Notes: generated by a model not told the origin, from the sequence alone. A DNA stretch of 23,929 bases from Candidatus Helarchaeota ASGARD archaeon Hel_GB_B (GCA_005191425.1 SUPR01000053.1:1-23929); one strand, 5' to 3'; counted from the first letter of the stretch, positions 1-9,876 are shown. Numbers and translations are program-made.

Positions 1-73
1 ACGAACAACGAATTTTTAACAAAATTCATATCCAATCAAAATCTTTTATTTACATAGTAAAAAAGAATATAAA
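1..73 (+). repeat. Left copy of a 73-bp inverted repeat (partner at 22647-22719); may extend beyond the window edge
   Basis: Manual alignment: 1-73 equals the reverse complement of 22647-22719 at 72/73 positions (mismatch at window position 19). Confidence 0.95.
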
Positions 74-268
74 TAAACTAAGATCATTATATTATATAAA
101 AATGAAGGAAATAGAAGTAATATATTAAAAGTACAAAAAATTTAAAAAATATGGATAGAAATTTATTTCATCAAATGGCTTTTATTATTAAAAAAATTTA
201 TCTTTCCCTAGTTAAATTATGATAAAAATTATTTGTGTATATATAGATTTTAATTCTTGAATTAGAAT

Positions 269-835
269 TTAGAATAAAGTCATATTAATTACCTTTAAAA
301 TATTATCCGAGCTCCCTTTGTGGAGTAATTCCCATGCCAATATATTTTCAGCACTGTCCACAACCAGGATTACGTAATAAACTCGCTTGTTTATTTTAAT
401 AAAAATTTCGTTGACAAAAGTAAGTTTAGGGCAAATTTCGGAAGCCCATGCCATTTTTATCTGGATCAAATTATAAATTGAAGTTATTACCTTTTTCATT
501 AATAGTGGAATGGATAAATTACTGCACTTAAGCATAAATGAAATCCCGGTTAGGTCTAATCTACCGCCATTACATAGTTTTATGATAAATTTGTTAATTA
601 AAGCCAAAATTTTGTTATGAAAATAACTGGTATGTGCATAAAAAGAACGTCCACAATCTTTACGAAAGTATTTTTGGGACAGGGGTTTCATAGATATGTC
701 ATACCCATTTTTCTTAATATTCGATGTAGAGCAATTTTTATTGATATTTAGACAGAGGGTAAACATGCCAAGAACGCCATTTATACCACTAATACGACAA
801 AACAGTTTTCCATAGTACCCACAAACAGTAATCAC
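269..835 (-). pseudogene. Decayed IS6-like DDE transposase (Zn-ribbon + HTH + partial DDE domain), truncated
   Basis: Contains CLNINKNC...KKNG...YFRKDCGRSF (Zn ribbon with one Cys as CGT/Arg) and LTFVNEIFIKINKRVYYVILVVD (VDET motif with Asp as AAC/Asn). The frame stops before the remaining catalytic residues. It aligns by eye with the frame at 23639-23929. Confidence 0.75.
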
Positions 836-1034
836 TATCTAAACCACCCCAGATGTCTGCTAATCCACTATATATAATTAAATATATAAAAATCTTATCA
901 AAAAAATATTTCCTAAAAAATAGAATTAACATCTATAAATTTTTGTCGAAAAGTGGAATTTGAAAAATCTTAATCATTTTAAAATATAATTTAACCCAAA
1001 TAATTTAAGAATTAAATAAAAATTATGATAAGAG

Positions 1035-1711
1035 ATGAATCATTTGATTATATATAATGAATTGGAAGAACTTTTGAATTATATTGGTCAATACAATTTG
1101 CTTTATTTCCCGTTTACTATTATTTTACCCTTAATTTTAGTTGCTATTGCATTTATATTGGTAATACTATGTTATCATAGACCAAGTGATAAATTAAATA
1201 TCTATTTAAAAATTTTCATTATAACCATCTACATTATCGCCGGATTTGAAACTTTTAGTATCTGTTTATTTACCAGAATCAGTCTGTTCTATCTATCTGG
1301 ATCTATCATCATATGGACAATAGCAATATTATTTTTTACTGATTTGTTTATTAAAAAAATGGATTTTAATTTCTCAAAAATTCCTTCTAAAGATATTAAA
1401 ATAATCTCCCTGATTTTAATAATTTGGGGTACTATCCAATAGTTGAAATGCTATTTGGCTTCTATTGGCCAAAAATAGTATTTTTTTGTTCCGAGTGTCC
1501 TTCTACAATTTTTGTAATTGGAATATTAATTGGTGCAATTCCTAAAGTTAATAAAATTGTTTATATTTTTCTTAGTATTGGTGCAATAATAAGCGGAGGT
1601 ACGTTTGGATTTCAAGGAGCTTGGTTCGATATTGCATATTTTGCAAGTGGGATTATTGCAATAATAATATTTATTAAATATTGGAATAAAATTAAGGGGA
1701 AAAATCAATAA
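1035..1711 (+). pseudogene. DUF6064-like membrane protein split by a frameshift near 1424-1442
   Basis: Two overlapping hydrophobic ORFs join at IWG|YYP. They carry a YN..FP N-terminal motif and YYP.V...FG..WP...F...ECPSTIF..G.L, typical of DUF6064. Confidence 0.6.
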
Positions 1712-1724
1712 ACTAAGAATTTTT

Positions 1725-2978
1725 TTAGAAAAATTTTAAATTCGAGAGTTCACGGGCAATTTTTTCTTGGTAGACCCAACTACCATAAACTTTTCCTATT
1801 CTCGACCAAGTTCCCAAGAATTTTTTAATATTTTTTGACAGATTTCCTGGGGGCGCCTTTTCTAAAGCAGAACCTGGTAATGGCATAAATGTGTGCGCAT
1901 GAATGATAGCACCCTTTTTTATTATTCTTTTCATAAAGTTAATAGTTTTTTCTTCATCTTCTGGCTTTTCAAAATAGAAACCAAAAATCATGTCCACTTT
2001 TGGAGTGATCCCATAATTTAGGAGTATATCTACTGCATCTTCAATATCTTCCACGGTATGATTTCTTCTTAATATTTTTAAAATACGATTACTTCCACTT
2101 TGTCCCCCAATTATACAGCTATTATTCGATATATATGGTATAATTTCATTGACAATATCTTCATTAACACTATCCGGACGTACTTCACTTGGAAATGTAC
2201 CAAAAAATATTTTTTTTATTTCTTTAAATTGTTTTATACTTTTTAACAAATTGACTACTTTTGAAATATTTGGAGTTTTTCCATCAGCACTTCCATATGC
2301 AAATGAATTTGGTGAATTGAACCATACTTTATTATATCCCTTTTTTATTGCAAATTTTATAGTATTTATTATACACTCAATACTTCGATGTCTCATTTTA
2401 TTTCCATATATCCGCGGTACCATACAATATAAACAATTACCTGCACCACATCCTCTAGATATTTCAATGGGGGCAAAAATCCTATATTTTATAGAAAACG
2501 GCGGATATTTATTTAAATTGATAAAACTTTTCCTTTTAGTAAATACAATTTCTCCCCCGTCATTAAAACAAATCCCATCCAAGTCATCAGGAGATTTGTT
2601 ATTAAGTAGATGTACTAAAAGATCGGGAAAAATATCTTCTCCTTCCCCTACTATTAAATAATCAAATCCAAGCTTAATTGTAGATAACGGTTTAGCTGTA
2701 GCATGGACACCCCCTCCGATTATTATAACTCGATTTTGGAAATGATTTCTGACTTTTTTTAGTTCGTCTTTAATTGTATTTAGTTGCATAGACATGAATG
2801 AAAAAGCAATAAACACTTTATCATAATGATCAATATTTATCTCAAATAAATCATTTAATGTCCCGATTTTAATCTCAAGATTGGACAAACGTTCGTCTAC
2901 TTCAATAGAGCCGACTAATGCGGCTATTGAATATTTTGCAAATTTACTAAATGTAAAAAAAAGTAAACTATTTTTCAA
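1725..2978 (-). CDS. B12-binding domain/radical SAM protein, TIGR04013 (MJ1487-like) family
   Basis: Motifs GGGVHAT, GEGE, PIEISRGC, MRHRS, SPNSFAYGS, FGTFPSEVRP, GGQSGS and HTFMPLPG. TTG start. Confidence 0.88.
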   Translation of the reverse strand: MKNSLLFFTFSKFAKYSIAALVGSIEVDERLSNLEIKIGTLNDLFEINIDHYDKVFIAFSFMSMQLNTIKDELKKVRNHFQNRVIIIGGGVHATAKPLSTIKLGFDYLIVGEGEDIFPDLLVHLLNNKSPDDLDGICFNDGGEIVFTKRKSFINLNKYPPFSIKYRIFAPIEISRGCGAGNCLYCMVPRIYGNKMRHRSIECIINTIKFAIKKGYNKVWFNSPNSFAYGSADGKTPNISKVVNLLKSIKQFKEIKKIFFGTFPSEVRPDSVNEDIVNEIIPYISNNSCIIGGQSGSNRILKILRRNHTVEDIEDAVDILLNYGITPKVDMIFGFYFEKPEDEEKTINFMKRIIKKGAIIHAHTFMPLPGSALEKAPPGNLSKNIKKFLGTWSRIGKVYGSWVYQEKIARELSNLKFF

Positions 2979-3019
2979 TATAACCCTTTTAAATTAAGAG
3001 AATTAGAAAAATTATATCT

Positions 3020-3658
3020 TTATTTAATTTTTATGTGAAAATCTTCACTCTCGTCGCTTTTTAAAACTAAAATATCGATACCTTCGCCTGAAGTGGGGTC
3101 TCGTCTTACGGCTGCAGAAATGGCTTCTATCACAAGCTCTTTTCCTTCATTTATCGTCATATCCTTCCTATATTTATTTTCAATTACTCCAATACATACT
3201 TCTGCCCCAGATCCAACTGCTGCAAATTCATCTTCAATAACTGAGCCAATAGCGTCTAAGGCAAATAAATAAGTCCCAGATTCATCGGTACCTCCCAAGA
3301 TAGTACTTGTAAAATACGGGAAAAACTTATTCTTATAAAGTATATTTGATACAAATTTTGCTGCAGCTCTAGGACTAATATTTCGTCCCTCTTCCAAATT
3401 GAAGACTTTTAAATTTGCTTGTATTATGGACTGTAATTTCTGAAAATCGCTTACCAATCCCGCACAGGCAATCCCAATATTATCAGAAATTTTAAATACC
3501 TTTTTAACTGCCCTTGAAAGAATCATTTTTCCAAATGTTAGCCTATTTTCAGACGCTAATATTACACCGTCAATACATTTTATTCCTACTGTTGTTGCCC
3601 CAGGTAATAAAAAATTCTCAAATTGCATTTTTGTTATATCATCTTGCATTATTATCAA
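3020..3658 (-). CDS. psmB: 20S proteasome beta subunit with Ala at the catalytic Thr1 position
   Basis: Motifs GATTVGIKCIDGVILASE, KKVFKI, AGLVSD, AVGSG and RDPTSGEGID. Alternative ATG start at 3649. Confidence 0.95.
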   Translation of the reverse strand: MIIMQDDITKMQFENFLLPGATTVGIKCIDGVILASENRLTFGKMILSRAVKKVFKISDNIGIACAGLVSDFQKLQSIIQANLKVFNLEEGRNISPRAAAKFVSNILYKNKFFPYFTSTILGGTDESGTYLFALDAIGSVIEDEFAAVGSGAEVCIGVIENKYRKDMTINEGKELVIEAISAAVRRDPTSGEGIDILVLKSDESEDFHIKIK

Positions 3659-3804
3659 CCAAGTATAATAAAATAAATAGACAAATCCTATTTGTTTTAT
3701 TTAAAATTTTTATAATTTTAATACTATGGTTTTTATTTAAAGATTTTATTCAATTTCTTGAATTCATCTTTAAATTTGTTTTATCAAAAAATCGAGATAT
3801 TAAA

Positions 3805-4065
3805 ATGAAAGGAAAAATTAGAGAAATATTAAATAAAATTAAATGGTGCTCTCCAGATGAATATGAAGAATATTCAATCATATATACGCATAGAGGAGCA
3901 CTTAATGATAAAAAAGAAATTACATTCGATAGAATTATTATGATTACTCCTAAATTTTTTGTATATCGACCTAAAGGTTTAACTGAAGATGTATTTATCC
4001 CATTTCATCGCATTTTAAAAATAATTAGCCTAAAAGATAATAAAGTACTCTGGGAAAAAAAATAA
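3805..4065 (+). CDS. DUF504/UPF0248 (MJ1316-like RNA-end recognition) protein
   Basis: IREILNKIKW...IIYTHRGA...IPFHRILKI. The true start is the ATG at 3805; the longer ORF-track extension is antisense to psmB. Confidence 0.85.
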   Translation: MKGKIREILNKIKWCSPDEYEEYSIIYTHRGALNDKKEITFDRIIMITPKFFVYRPKGLTEDVFIPFHRILKIISLKDNKVLWEKK

Positions 4066-4072
4066 AAATTAG

Positions 4073-5092
4073 TTGACAAAAACTATGAATCCTTATAAGA
4101 ATTTAACTACTGTATTTAAAGCTCCCGAGTTGATGGATTTTGTATTTCATAGAGCATCAAAAGTTTCTGTTAAATTAAAAAAGGGACTTGAACCAGCTAA
4201 AAAAGCGCGTCTAAAAGAATCATATAGGATTAAGACTATTGAAAAAGAGTTAACTGGAAAATTAAATCTGTATATTAAGTCATACCCAAATTTTGATACT
4301 ATGTCTCCTTTTTATCTTGAACTTACAAATGTCTTAATTGATGGTGGAGTTGATAGAATCCGATTATTACTTGCTTCTTTAAGTGGTATCATCCAAATTA
4401 TAAAAAGATTATCTGCAAGCTCATTAAAAAAGATTCATTGGTCAAATAGTCCTAAGGAAATGGCACGGATTCGTTTAAGCTATTATGGGCGGATCTCTTC
4501 GATTATAAAAAAGATTACGCCAAAATTAAATGAATTAATTGAATTTAGGAATATTCTAAGAAAATTACCTTCTATAGACACCGATATCCCTACAATAGTC
4601 GTAGCAGGTTATCCAAATGTGGGTAAAAGTTCATTAGTAAAAGTTATATCTACAGCGCGTCCAGAAATTTCTTATTATCCCTTTACGACAAAAAAAATAA
4701 TTGTAGGAAAATTTAAAAAAGAAAACATTAACATCCAGATCATTGATTCACCCGGATTATTAGACCGCCCCCTTAGTAAAAGAAATAGAATAGAAATGCA
4801 AGCAATTTTAGCATTAAGATATTTAGCTAAATCTATCATTTTCATGATAGACCCATCCGAAACATGTGGATATCCTCTCACTGATCAAATTTCTTTGTTT
4901 AATAATTTAATTCAAACTTTTGTCGAAATTCCTTTTATCATAATTCAGAACAAAATTGACCTATATCAAGAAGACTTAAACTTAAATGAACAGATCAAAA
5001 ATAAATTTAAAGTATTCAAGACAAATCTTAAAGAACAAATAGGTATCCAAAAAGTTATCAATTATATCATTTCTAATTTTTCTGTAAAATAA
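4073..5092 (+). CDS. nog1: NOG1-family GTPase (large subunit biogenesis)
   Basis: Helical N-domain, G1 GYPNVGKSS, YPFTTK, G3 DSPGLLDRP and G4 NKID. Confidence 0.93.
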   Translation: MTKTMNPYKNLTTVFKAPELMDFVFHRASKVSVKLKKGLEPAKKARLKESYRIKTIEKELTGKLNLYIKSYPNFDTMSPFYLELTNVLIDGGVDRIRLLLASLSGIIQIIKRLSASSLKKIHWSNSPKEMARIRLSYYGRISSIIKKITPKLNELIEFRNILRKLPSIDTDIPTIVVAGYPNVGKSSLVKVISTARPEISYYPFTTKKIIVGKFKKENINIQIIDSPGLLDRPLSKRNRIEMQAILALRYLAKSIIFMIDPSETCGYPLTDQISLFNNLIQTFVEIPFIIIQNKIDLYQEDLNLNEQIKNKFKVFKTNLKEQIGIQKVINYIISNFSVK

Positions 5093-5290
5093 TATATAAA
5101 AAAATAATTGTTCTTTATAATTATTTGATAAATAAATTTTACAACATTTTTTATTAAAATTAACTAGTTTGTCCTAAATTATAAAATTCATTTATTAAAA
5201 AACTGTCTAAAACTTTGGAAATGAATTTTAAGTGTAGTTTTTTAATTAATTTATAAAATTAATATAAAAACAAAATAAATGTGAGAATTT

Positions 5291-5503
5291 ATGATTCTTA
5301 GATACCCATTACTAATTAATAATACTCCTGATATGAAAATAACGATGGTCGACTATAAAGTGTTATATCATTGTAATGGTCTGAATGATATTTCAGCAAT
5401 TAGAGAAAAGACTGGCCTTTCAGATTTAGAAATTTTGATGATAATACGAAAATTTGTTAAAAAAGGAAAAATTAGAATAAAATACTCCTTAAGTCCTAGT
5501 TAA
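5291..5503 (+). CDS. Small winged-helix protein, function unknown
   Basis: 70 aa. The pattern DYKVLYHCNG..DISAIREKTGLS..EI..IIRKFVKKGKI fits a wHTH. ATG start; convergent with amrS. Confidence 0.6.
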   Translation: MILRYPLLINNTPDMKITMVDYKVLYHCNGLNDISAIREKTGLSDLEILMIIRKFVKKGKIRIKYSLSPS

Positions 5504-5515
5504 TCTTTTTATTTT

Positions 5516-6544
5516 TTATATAACAATATCTACTTTTTCTCCACAATTTATGCATTTACCGTCTTTTATATTTATTTCATTAATTAAATAGCCATATCTT
5601 TTTATAAGTGGTTTTTTACAATTTGGACAAAATGTTGTTTCCCCATCTTCAAAATAAATATTTCCTACATAAACATAGTATAACCCGATGTCCATTGCAA
5701 TTTTTCTTGCTCTTTCAATAGTTTTTTTAGGTGTAGGTGGAATATTATTTAACTTATATTCTGGTCTAAACCGACTAAAATGTAATGGAACATCTGGTCC
5801 ACATTCATTTAATATCCATTCAGCCAATTTTCTAAAATTCTCGTCTGAATCATTTTTTCCGGGGATAATTAAGTTTGTGCATTCTACATGTTTATTATTT
5901 TCATATAATGTTTTTACTGTGCGTAAAACAGGTTTTACACTCTTAATTTTACATATTTCATTATAAAATTCGTCATAAATGCTTTTTATGTCTATGTTTG
6001 CTGCATCAATATAAGGTAAAATATAGTCTAAACCCTCTGGCGATACATAACCATTTGAAACTAAAACCGTCTTAATATTTTTCTCATGGGCTAATTTTGA
6101 AACATCATATATATATTCTAGCCAAATAAGTGGCTCATTATATGTAAAAGCAATTGATTTACAATGCTCTTGAATCGTTAAATCAACAATTTTTTCAGGA
6201 GTAGCTTCTTTTATATTGGGATATTTATCATAAGTAGTTTGCGAAATATGCCAGTTCTGACAGTTAAGGCACTTAAAATTACATCCCACCGAAGATATTG
6301 AAAAAATACTAGAGCCAGGATAATAATTAAATAATGGTTTTTTCTCTATTGGGTCTACTGCCATAGCAGAAACTAGCCCATATATATTTGAAAAACATTT
6401 TCCATCTTTATTTATTCTAGTCCCACAAAATCCTACTTTATTAGGCCTAATTATACAATAATGCGGGCAAATTCCGCACTTTACTTTTTGGTCTTCTAAT
6501 TTTTCATAAAAAATGGTCTCCTTTAGAATCTCTGACATCTCCAT
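5516..6544 (-). CDS. amrS: AmmeMemoRadiSam system radical SAM enzyme
   Basis: N-terminal CGICPHYC, then VDPIEKKPL, GCNFKCLNCQNWHISQ, AFTYNEP, HFSRFRP and a C-terminal CPNC...CINC. Confidence 0.92.
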   Translation of the reverse strand: MEMSEILKETIFYEKLEDQKVKCGICPHYCIIRPNKVGFCGTRINKDGKCFSNIYGLVSAMAVDPIEKKPLFNYYPGSSIFSISSVGCNFKCLNCQNWHISQTTYDKYPNIKEATPEKIVDLTIQEHCKSIAFTYNEPLIWLEYIYDVSKLAHEKNIKTVLVSNGYVSPEGLDYILPYIDAANIDIKSIYDEFYNEICKIKSVKPVLRTVKTLYENNKHVECTNLIIPGKNDSDENFRKLAEWILNECGPDVPLHFSRFRPEYKLNNIPPTPKKTIERARKIAMDIGLYYVYVGNIYFEDGETTFCPNCKKPLIKRYGYLINEINIKDGKCINCGEKVDIVI

Positions 6545-6667
6545 AATTGACTTTTATACAATTAAAAAATTTTAAAAGGTATCAATTAATATTAAAAAGT
6601 CTAACTTATTTAAAAAAATTTAAGAACATAATTTCAAATTATTAAAAAGCAATTTAATATCTTAGTA

Positions 6668-6937
6668 ATGATTAGAATGGATCCATATAATATTATAGTA
6701 AGGCCAGTAATGTCAGAAAGCGCATTTGAAATGATCGAGAACGAAAACAAGCTGACATTTATCGTATCTAGGCGTTCAAATAAACATCAGATAAGATATT
6801 CAGTAGAGAAGTTATATGACGTTAAAGTAGAAAAAGTAAATACAATGATCTTGAAAAATGGAAAGAAAAAGGCAATAATCAAGTTAGCTCCAGAGTATGA
6901 TGCTGCTGAAGTGGCGACTAAATTAGGAATTTATTAA
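6668..6937 (+). CDS. rpl23: 50S ribosomal protein uL23
   Basis: PVMSESAFEMIENENKLTFIV...KVNTMI..GKKKAIIKL. Confidence 0.97.
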   Translation: MIRMDPYNIIVRPVMSESAFEMIENENKLTFIVSRRSNKHQIRYSVEKLYDVKVEKVNTMILKNGKKKAIIKLAPEYDAAEVATKLGIY

Positions 6938-6948
6938 GGTGTAATTTT

Positions 6949-7680
6949 ATGGGTAAAAGAATTAGAGTTCAAAAAAGAGGACGTGGTCATTTCCCTTGGG
7001 TTGCTACTAAAAAGGGAAAAAAAGGACCTATAAAACACAAAAAAATATTATCTGATCAGAAGGACACTGTTGTTAAAGGTAAAATAATTGATATTCTTCA
7101 TGAAAGAGGTAGGACGGCACCAATTGGATATATAAAATATTCTGATAAGACCAAAGGATATCAAATCATGCCTGAAGGAATAATAATGGGCCAAACAATT
7201 GAAATAGGTAAGAACGCTGAAGTTAAACCAGGAAATACTTTACCACTATCAGATATCCCTGAAGGGACAATGGTCTATAACATAGAAGCAAGACCCGGTG
7301 ATGGCGGAAAATTTGTCCGAGCCAGTGGGACGTTTGGCTTGATTGTATCTCGAACAGAAGATAAAGTAATCATCCGACTTCCATCAAAAAAGCAGCGGTT
7401 ATTTAACCCGAACTGTTTGGCGACTGTTGGCGTAGTAGCCGGAGGTGGTAGGCCTGAAAAACCATTTCTTAAAGCTGGAAATAAATATCACCACTTAAAA
7501 GCAAGAGGGCATAAATATCCTATAGTCCGAGGAGTAGCAATGGCTGCAGTTCATCACCCATTTGGTGGTGGGGTACATCAACATATTAGTAAAAGTTCAA
7601 GCACAACTGCCAGAAATGCACCGCCCGGTCGAAAAGTAGGATTGATAGCAGCCAGACGGACTGGAAGGAAAAAGAAATAA
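6949..7680 (+). CDS. rpl2: 50S ribosomal protein uL2 (archaeal type)
   Basis: MGKRIRVQKRGRG, PGDGGKFVRASG, VRGVAM...HPFGGG and PPGRKVGLIAARRTG. An AGGTG Shine-Dalgarno lies upstream. Confidence 0.98.
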   Translation: MGKRIRVQKRGRGHFPWVATKKGKKGPIKHKKILSDQKDTVVKGKIIDILHERGRTAPIGYIKYSDKTKGYQIMPEGIIMGQTIEIGKNAEVKPGNTLPLSDIPEGTMVYNIEARPGDGGKFVRASGTFGLIVSRTEDKVIIRLPSKKQRLFNPNCLATVGVVAGGGRPEKPFLKAGNKYHHLKARGHKYPIVRGVAMAAVHHPFGGGVHQHISKSSSTTARNAPPGRKVGLIAARRTGRKKK

Positions 7681-7682
7681 TT

Positions 7683-8450
7683 TTATAAAAGGACGTAATC
7701 TGTATCTAATTTATAGTCATATTTTTTATTTAATAGGTTATTTTTGTTCCCGCTTATTTTTATGAGCTGGGGTAATTTTCCAGTCATCCCGGCATATTTT
7801 CCCCTTATTATTAAAGCTCCCCTAATTCGATCTAATGACTCGGCAGCTTCCAACCCATTTTGAATAGATTTTTCAACGTCTGTTCCTATTACGTGGTTTC
7901 CTACAAATGTAGCGGCAGCGTCCCCTATAGTGGCATTTTCAGCAATTACCGTAGCTGCATCGGCAAGTCCAAAACTAAAGCCTCTACCAAATGTCCCAGA
8001 ACTTGTACCTAGCCCAAATGGGAAATCCTTATTTGGTATAAGTTTAAACCCTATTTTCCCAGACAATTGCGCATTTCCCGCGTAGATACCCACACTAATA
8101 TTGACCTTAGAGATTGCACTTATTTCTCCACCATTTTCGACTATACTTGTTTTTGACCCATTTTTCAGCAATTTCTCAAGAATTAAATCCGCAATGGCAC
8201 CAGCAACCGCTGCCATCGGTCCAACTTCAATAAACTCAGTTACTGACTGCATTTTCTTTACGACTAATGGCGCATTATCATCGACCTTTAATGGTGTCAT
8301 TGAATTTAAAAATTCATTATGGTGTTGAATATACTTAATTAGGTCATTCCTAATTTTCAATGTATTTTCTAATGCAATTTCTAATGAATTGACTAAATCT
8401 GATTTAATAAAAATGTCCGATTCTTTAACGTGTAGATTATAAGTAAATAT
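7683..8450 (-). CDS. UPF0280/ApbE-like family protein; start extended to a putative ATA at 8450
   Basis: VGPMAAVAGAIAD, VENGGEI, GTSSGTFGRGFSFGLADAATV and GDAAAT. The frame stays open upstream of the ORF-track TTG (8360) through the family-like segment FTYNLHVKESDIFIKSD. Confidence 0.85.
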   Translation of the reverse strand: MFTYNLHVKESDIFIKSDLVNSLEIALENTLKIRNDLIKYIQHHNEFLNSMTPLKVDDNAPLVVKKMQSVTEFIEVGPMAAVAGAIADLILEKLLKNGSKTSIVENGGEISAISKVNISVGIYAGNAQLSGKIGFKLIPNKDFPFGLGTSSGTFGRGFSFGLADAATVIAENATIGDAAATFVGNHVIGTDVEKSIQNGLEAAESLDRIRGALIIRGKYAGMTGKLPQLIKISGNKNNLLNKKYDYKLDTDYVLL

Positions 8451-8458
8451 GATATACG

Positions 8459-8463
8459 ACCTC
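8459..8463 (-). promoter_or_regulatory. Shine-Dalgarno GAGGT, 8 nt before the putative ATA start of the UPF0280 gene
   Basis: Minus strand reads gaGAGGTcgtatatcATAttt. Confidence 0.55.
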
Positions 8464-8475
8464 TCTGAATTTATG

Positions 8476-9864
8476 TTATTTAATAAATGAATTTAAATTT
8501 TTCATTTTCTTCTTACTTTTTTCATTACTTAACCGTTTTTCGATTAATTTTTTAGTTTCATCATCAATATATATTTTGTTTATTTCAAAAATGTCTATGG
8601 TATCACCAATTTTTAATTCTCCATAAGCGCCGTCAAATCCCGGAGGATGGAACGAAAAATTTCCACTTTTAATAGTATTAATTGTTTCTATTAACCGGTC
8701 GTCTATTATTCCAGATAACTTTTTTTGTATCATATTTTGATCTGTAAACCATAGCTCGCATTCATTTCCAAATTGTTCTACTATATCTGAATATATTTTG
8801 AGAATTTTCTTAGATGTATATGTCTTAATTCCTAAATATGCCCCAATAATCTCAATAAGAGGGATCATGTGAACAAACTTTTTTCTACCAGGTGGTAAAT
8901 ATCCATACTCTCTATCTCCACCTTGTAGTTTATTTAATTCCATTGCTTGTTGTAGCACTCCAATCGTAAGTTTTTTTCCACAAATTGGGCATAATTTATC
9001 TTCAGGGACGAATTTTGGCGAATAAATACAATAAGATGTATTATGCCCTTGTTTTCCAGCTCTATGACCTGTTAGAAAATATTTACCTTCAGTTGGATTA
9101 AATTCACTGGTATAAATTACATTGTTTTCTCGTAATGCCTTTATTATACTTTCGAATTTCATATCCTTTATTTTTACCGTTGTAAATTCTCTGCCTAACC
9201 TATTTAATGCTGGAGAATGGGCATCGCTATTTGATATTAAAGTTTTGTCGTCAAGTTCCGGGATTAAACTTAGGATGTATGGGTCTGCACTTAATCCTGT
9301 CTCGAAAATTTTAATTCTATCAGCCGCCTCTCCAAAAAAATCTTTTAACCAAACTATTGGATTTTGAGACCCATAAATCCCGTTTGGTGTCATTACATGA
9401 GCTGGTATTACTTCTATAAATTCATCTTGGTCATAGATTTTTAAAATCCTGTCTCCTACTTCTTTATTATTTTTACATTTTACAAAAGGCCTTCCAATTG
9501 TATTTTTTACTTCCCATTTTTCAAATAATTTTAAAATTCTATCAATTACTTCATAACTTGGAAATAAAAAGACAATATGAACCGATTTTCGATTTTTTGA
9601 GTTATTAATATTACAAGTAAAAATTAATTCTGTTTGTAATATAAATTGTACACCCTCTTCATGTCCTTTTAAAGCAAAAATCCCATCTGAAACTTCTATT
9701 AATTTTTCTTTTAATGTTTGTAGCCACCCTTCATGTAAACAATCACCAGTACCTATAAGATTTATACCTTTCATAGGGCCTGTTTTAAGAAAATCCTCTA
9801 ATTTTATCTTGCCAGTTCCTCCACTGTGCCCTGAATGATAATGTAAGTCTAAATTTAATTTTAT
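8476..9864 (-). CDS. Endonuclease Q / TIGR00375-family PHP nuclease; start extended to a putative ATA at 9864
   Basis: The in-frame DLHYHSGHS lies upstream of the ORF-track ATG. Other motifs: KG...GTGD, H..TP, ETGLSAD, SNSDAHS, RLGRE, EGKY, CPICG and PGFDGAYG. Confidence 0.9.
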   Translation of the reverse strand: MKLNLDLHYHSGHSGGTGKIKLEDFLKTGPMKGINLIGTGDCLHEGWLQTLKEKLIEVSDGIFALKGHEEGVQFILQTELIFTCNINNSKNRKSVHIVFLFPSYEVIDRILKLFEKWEVKNTIGRPFVKCKNNKEVGDRILKIYDQDEFIEVIPAHVMTPNGIYGSQNPIVWLKDFFGEAADRIKIFETGLSADPYILSLIPELDDKTLISNSDAHSPALNRLGREFTTVKIKDMKFESIIKALRENNVIYTSEFNPTEGKYFLTGHRAGKQGHNTSYCIYSPKFVPEDKLCPICGKKLTIGVLQQAMELNKLQGGDREYGYLPPGRKKFVHMIPLIEIIGAYLGIKTYTSKKILKIYSDIVEQFGNECELWFTDQNMIQKKLSGIIDDRLIETINTIKSGNFSFHPPGFDGAYGELKIGDTIDIFEINKIYIDDETKKLIEKRLSNEKSKKKMKNLNSFIK

Positions 9865-9871
9865 TTTAAAG

Positions 9872-9876
9872 CCTCC
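9872..9876 (-). promoter_or_regulatory. Shine-Dalgarno GGAGG, 7 nt before the putative ATA start of endonuclease Q
   Basis: Minus strand reads ttGGAGGctttaaaATAaaattaaatttagacttacat. Confidence 0.6.

Noticed and set aside
3514-3804. N-terminal 97 aa of the 183-aa ORF 3514-4065
   Set aside because: It overlaps psmB antisense and AT-rich intergenic DNA. Family similarity begins only at the ATG at 3805.
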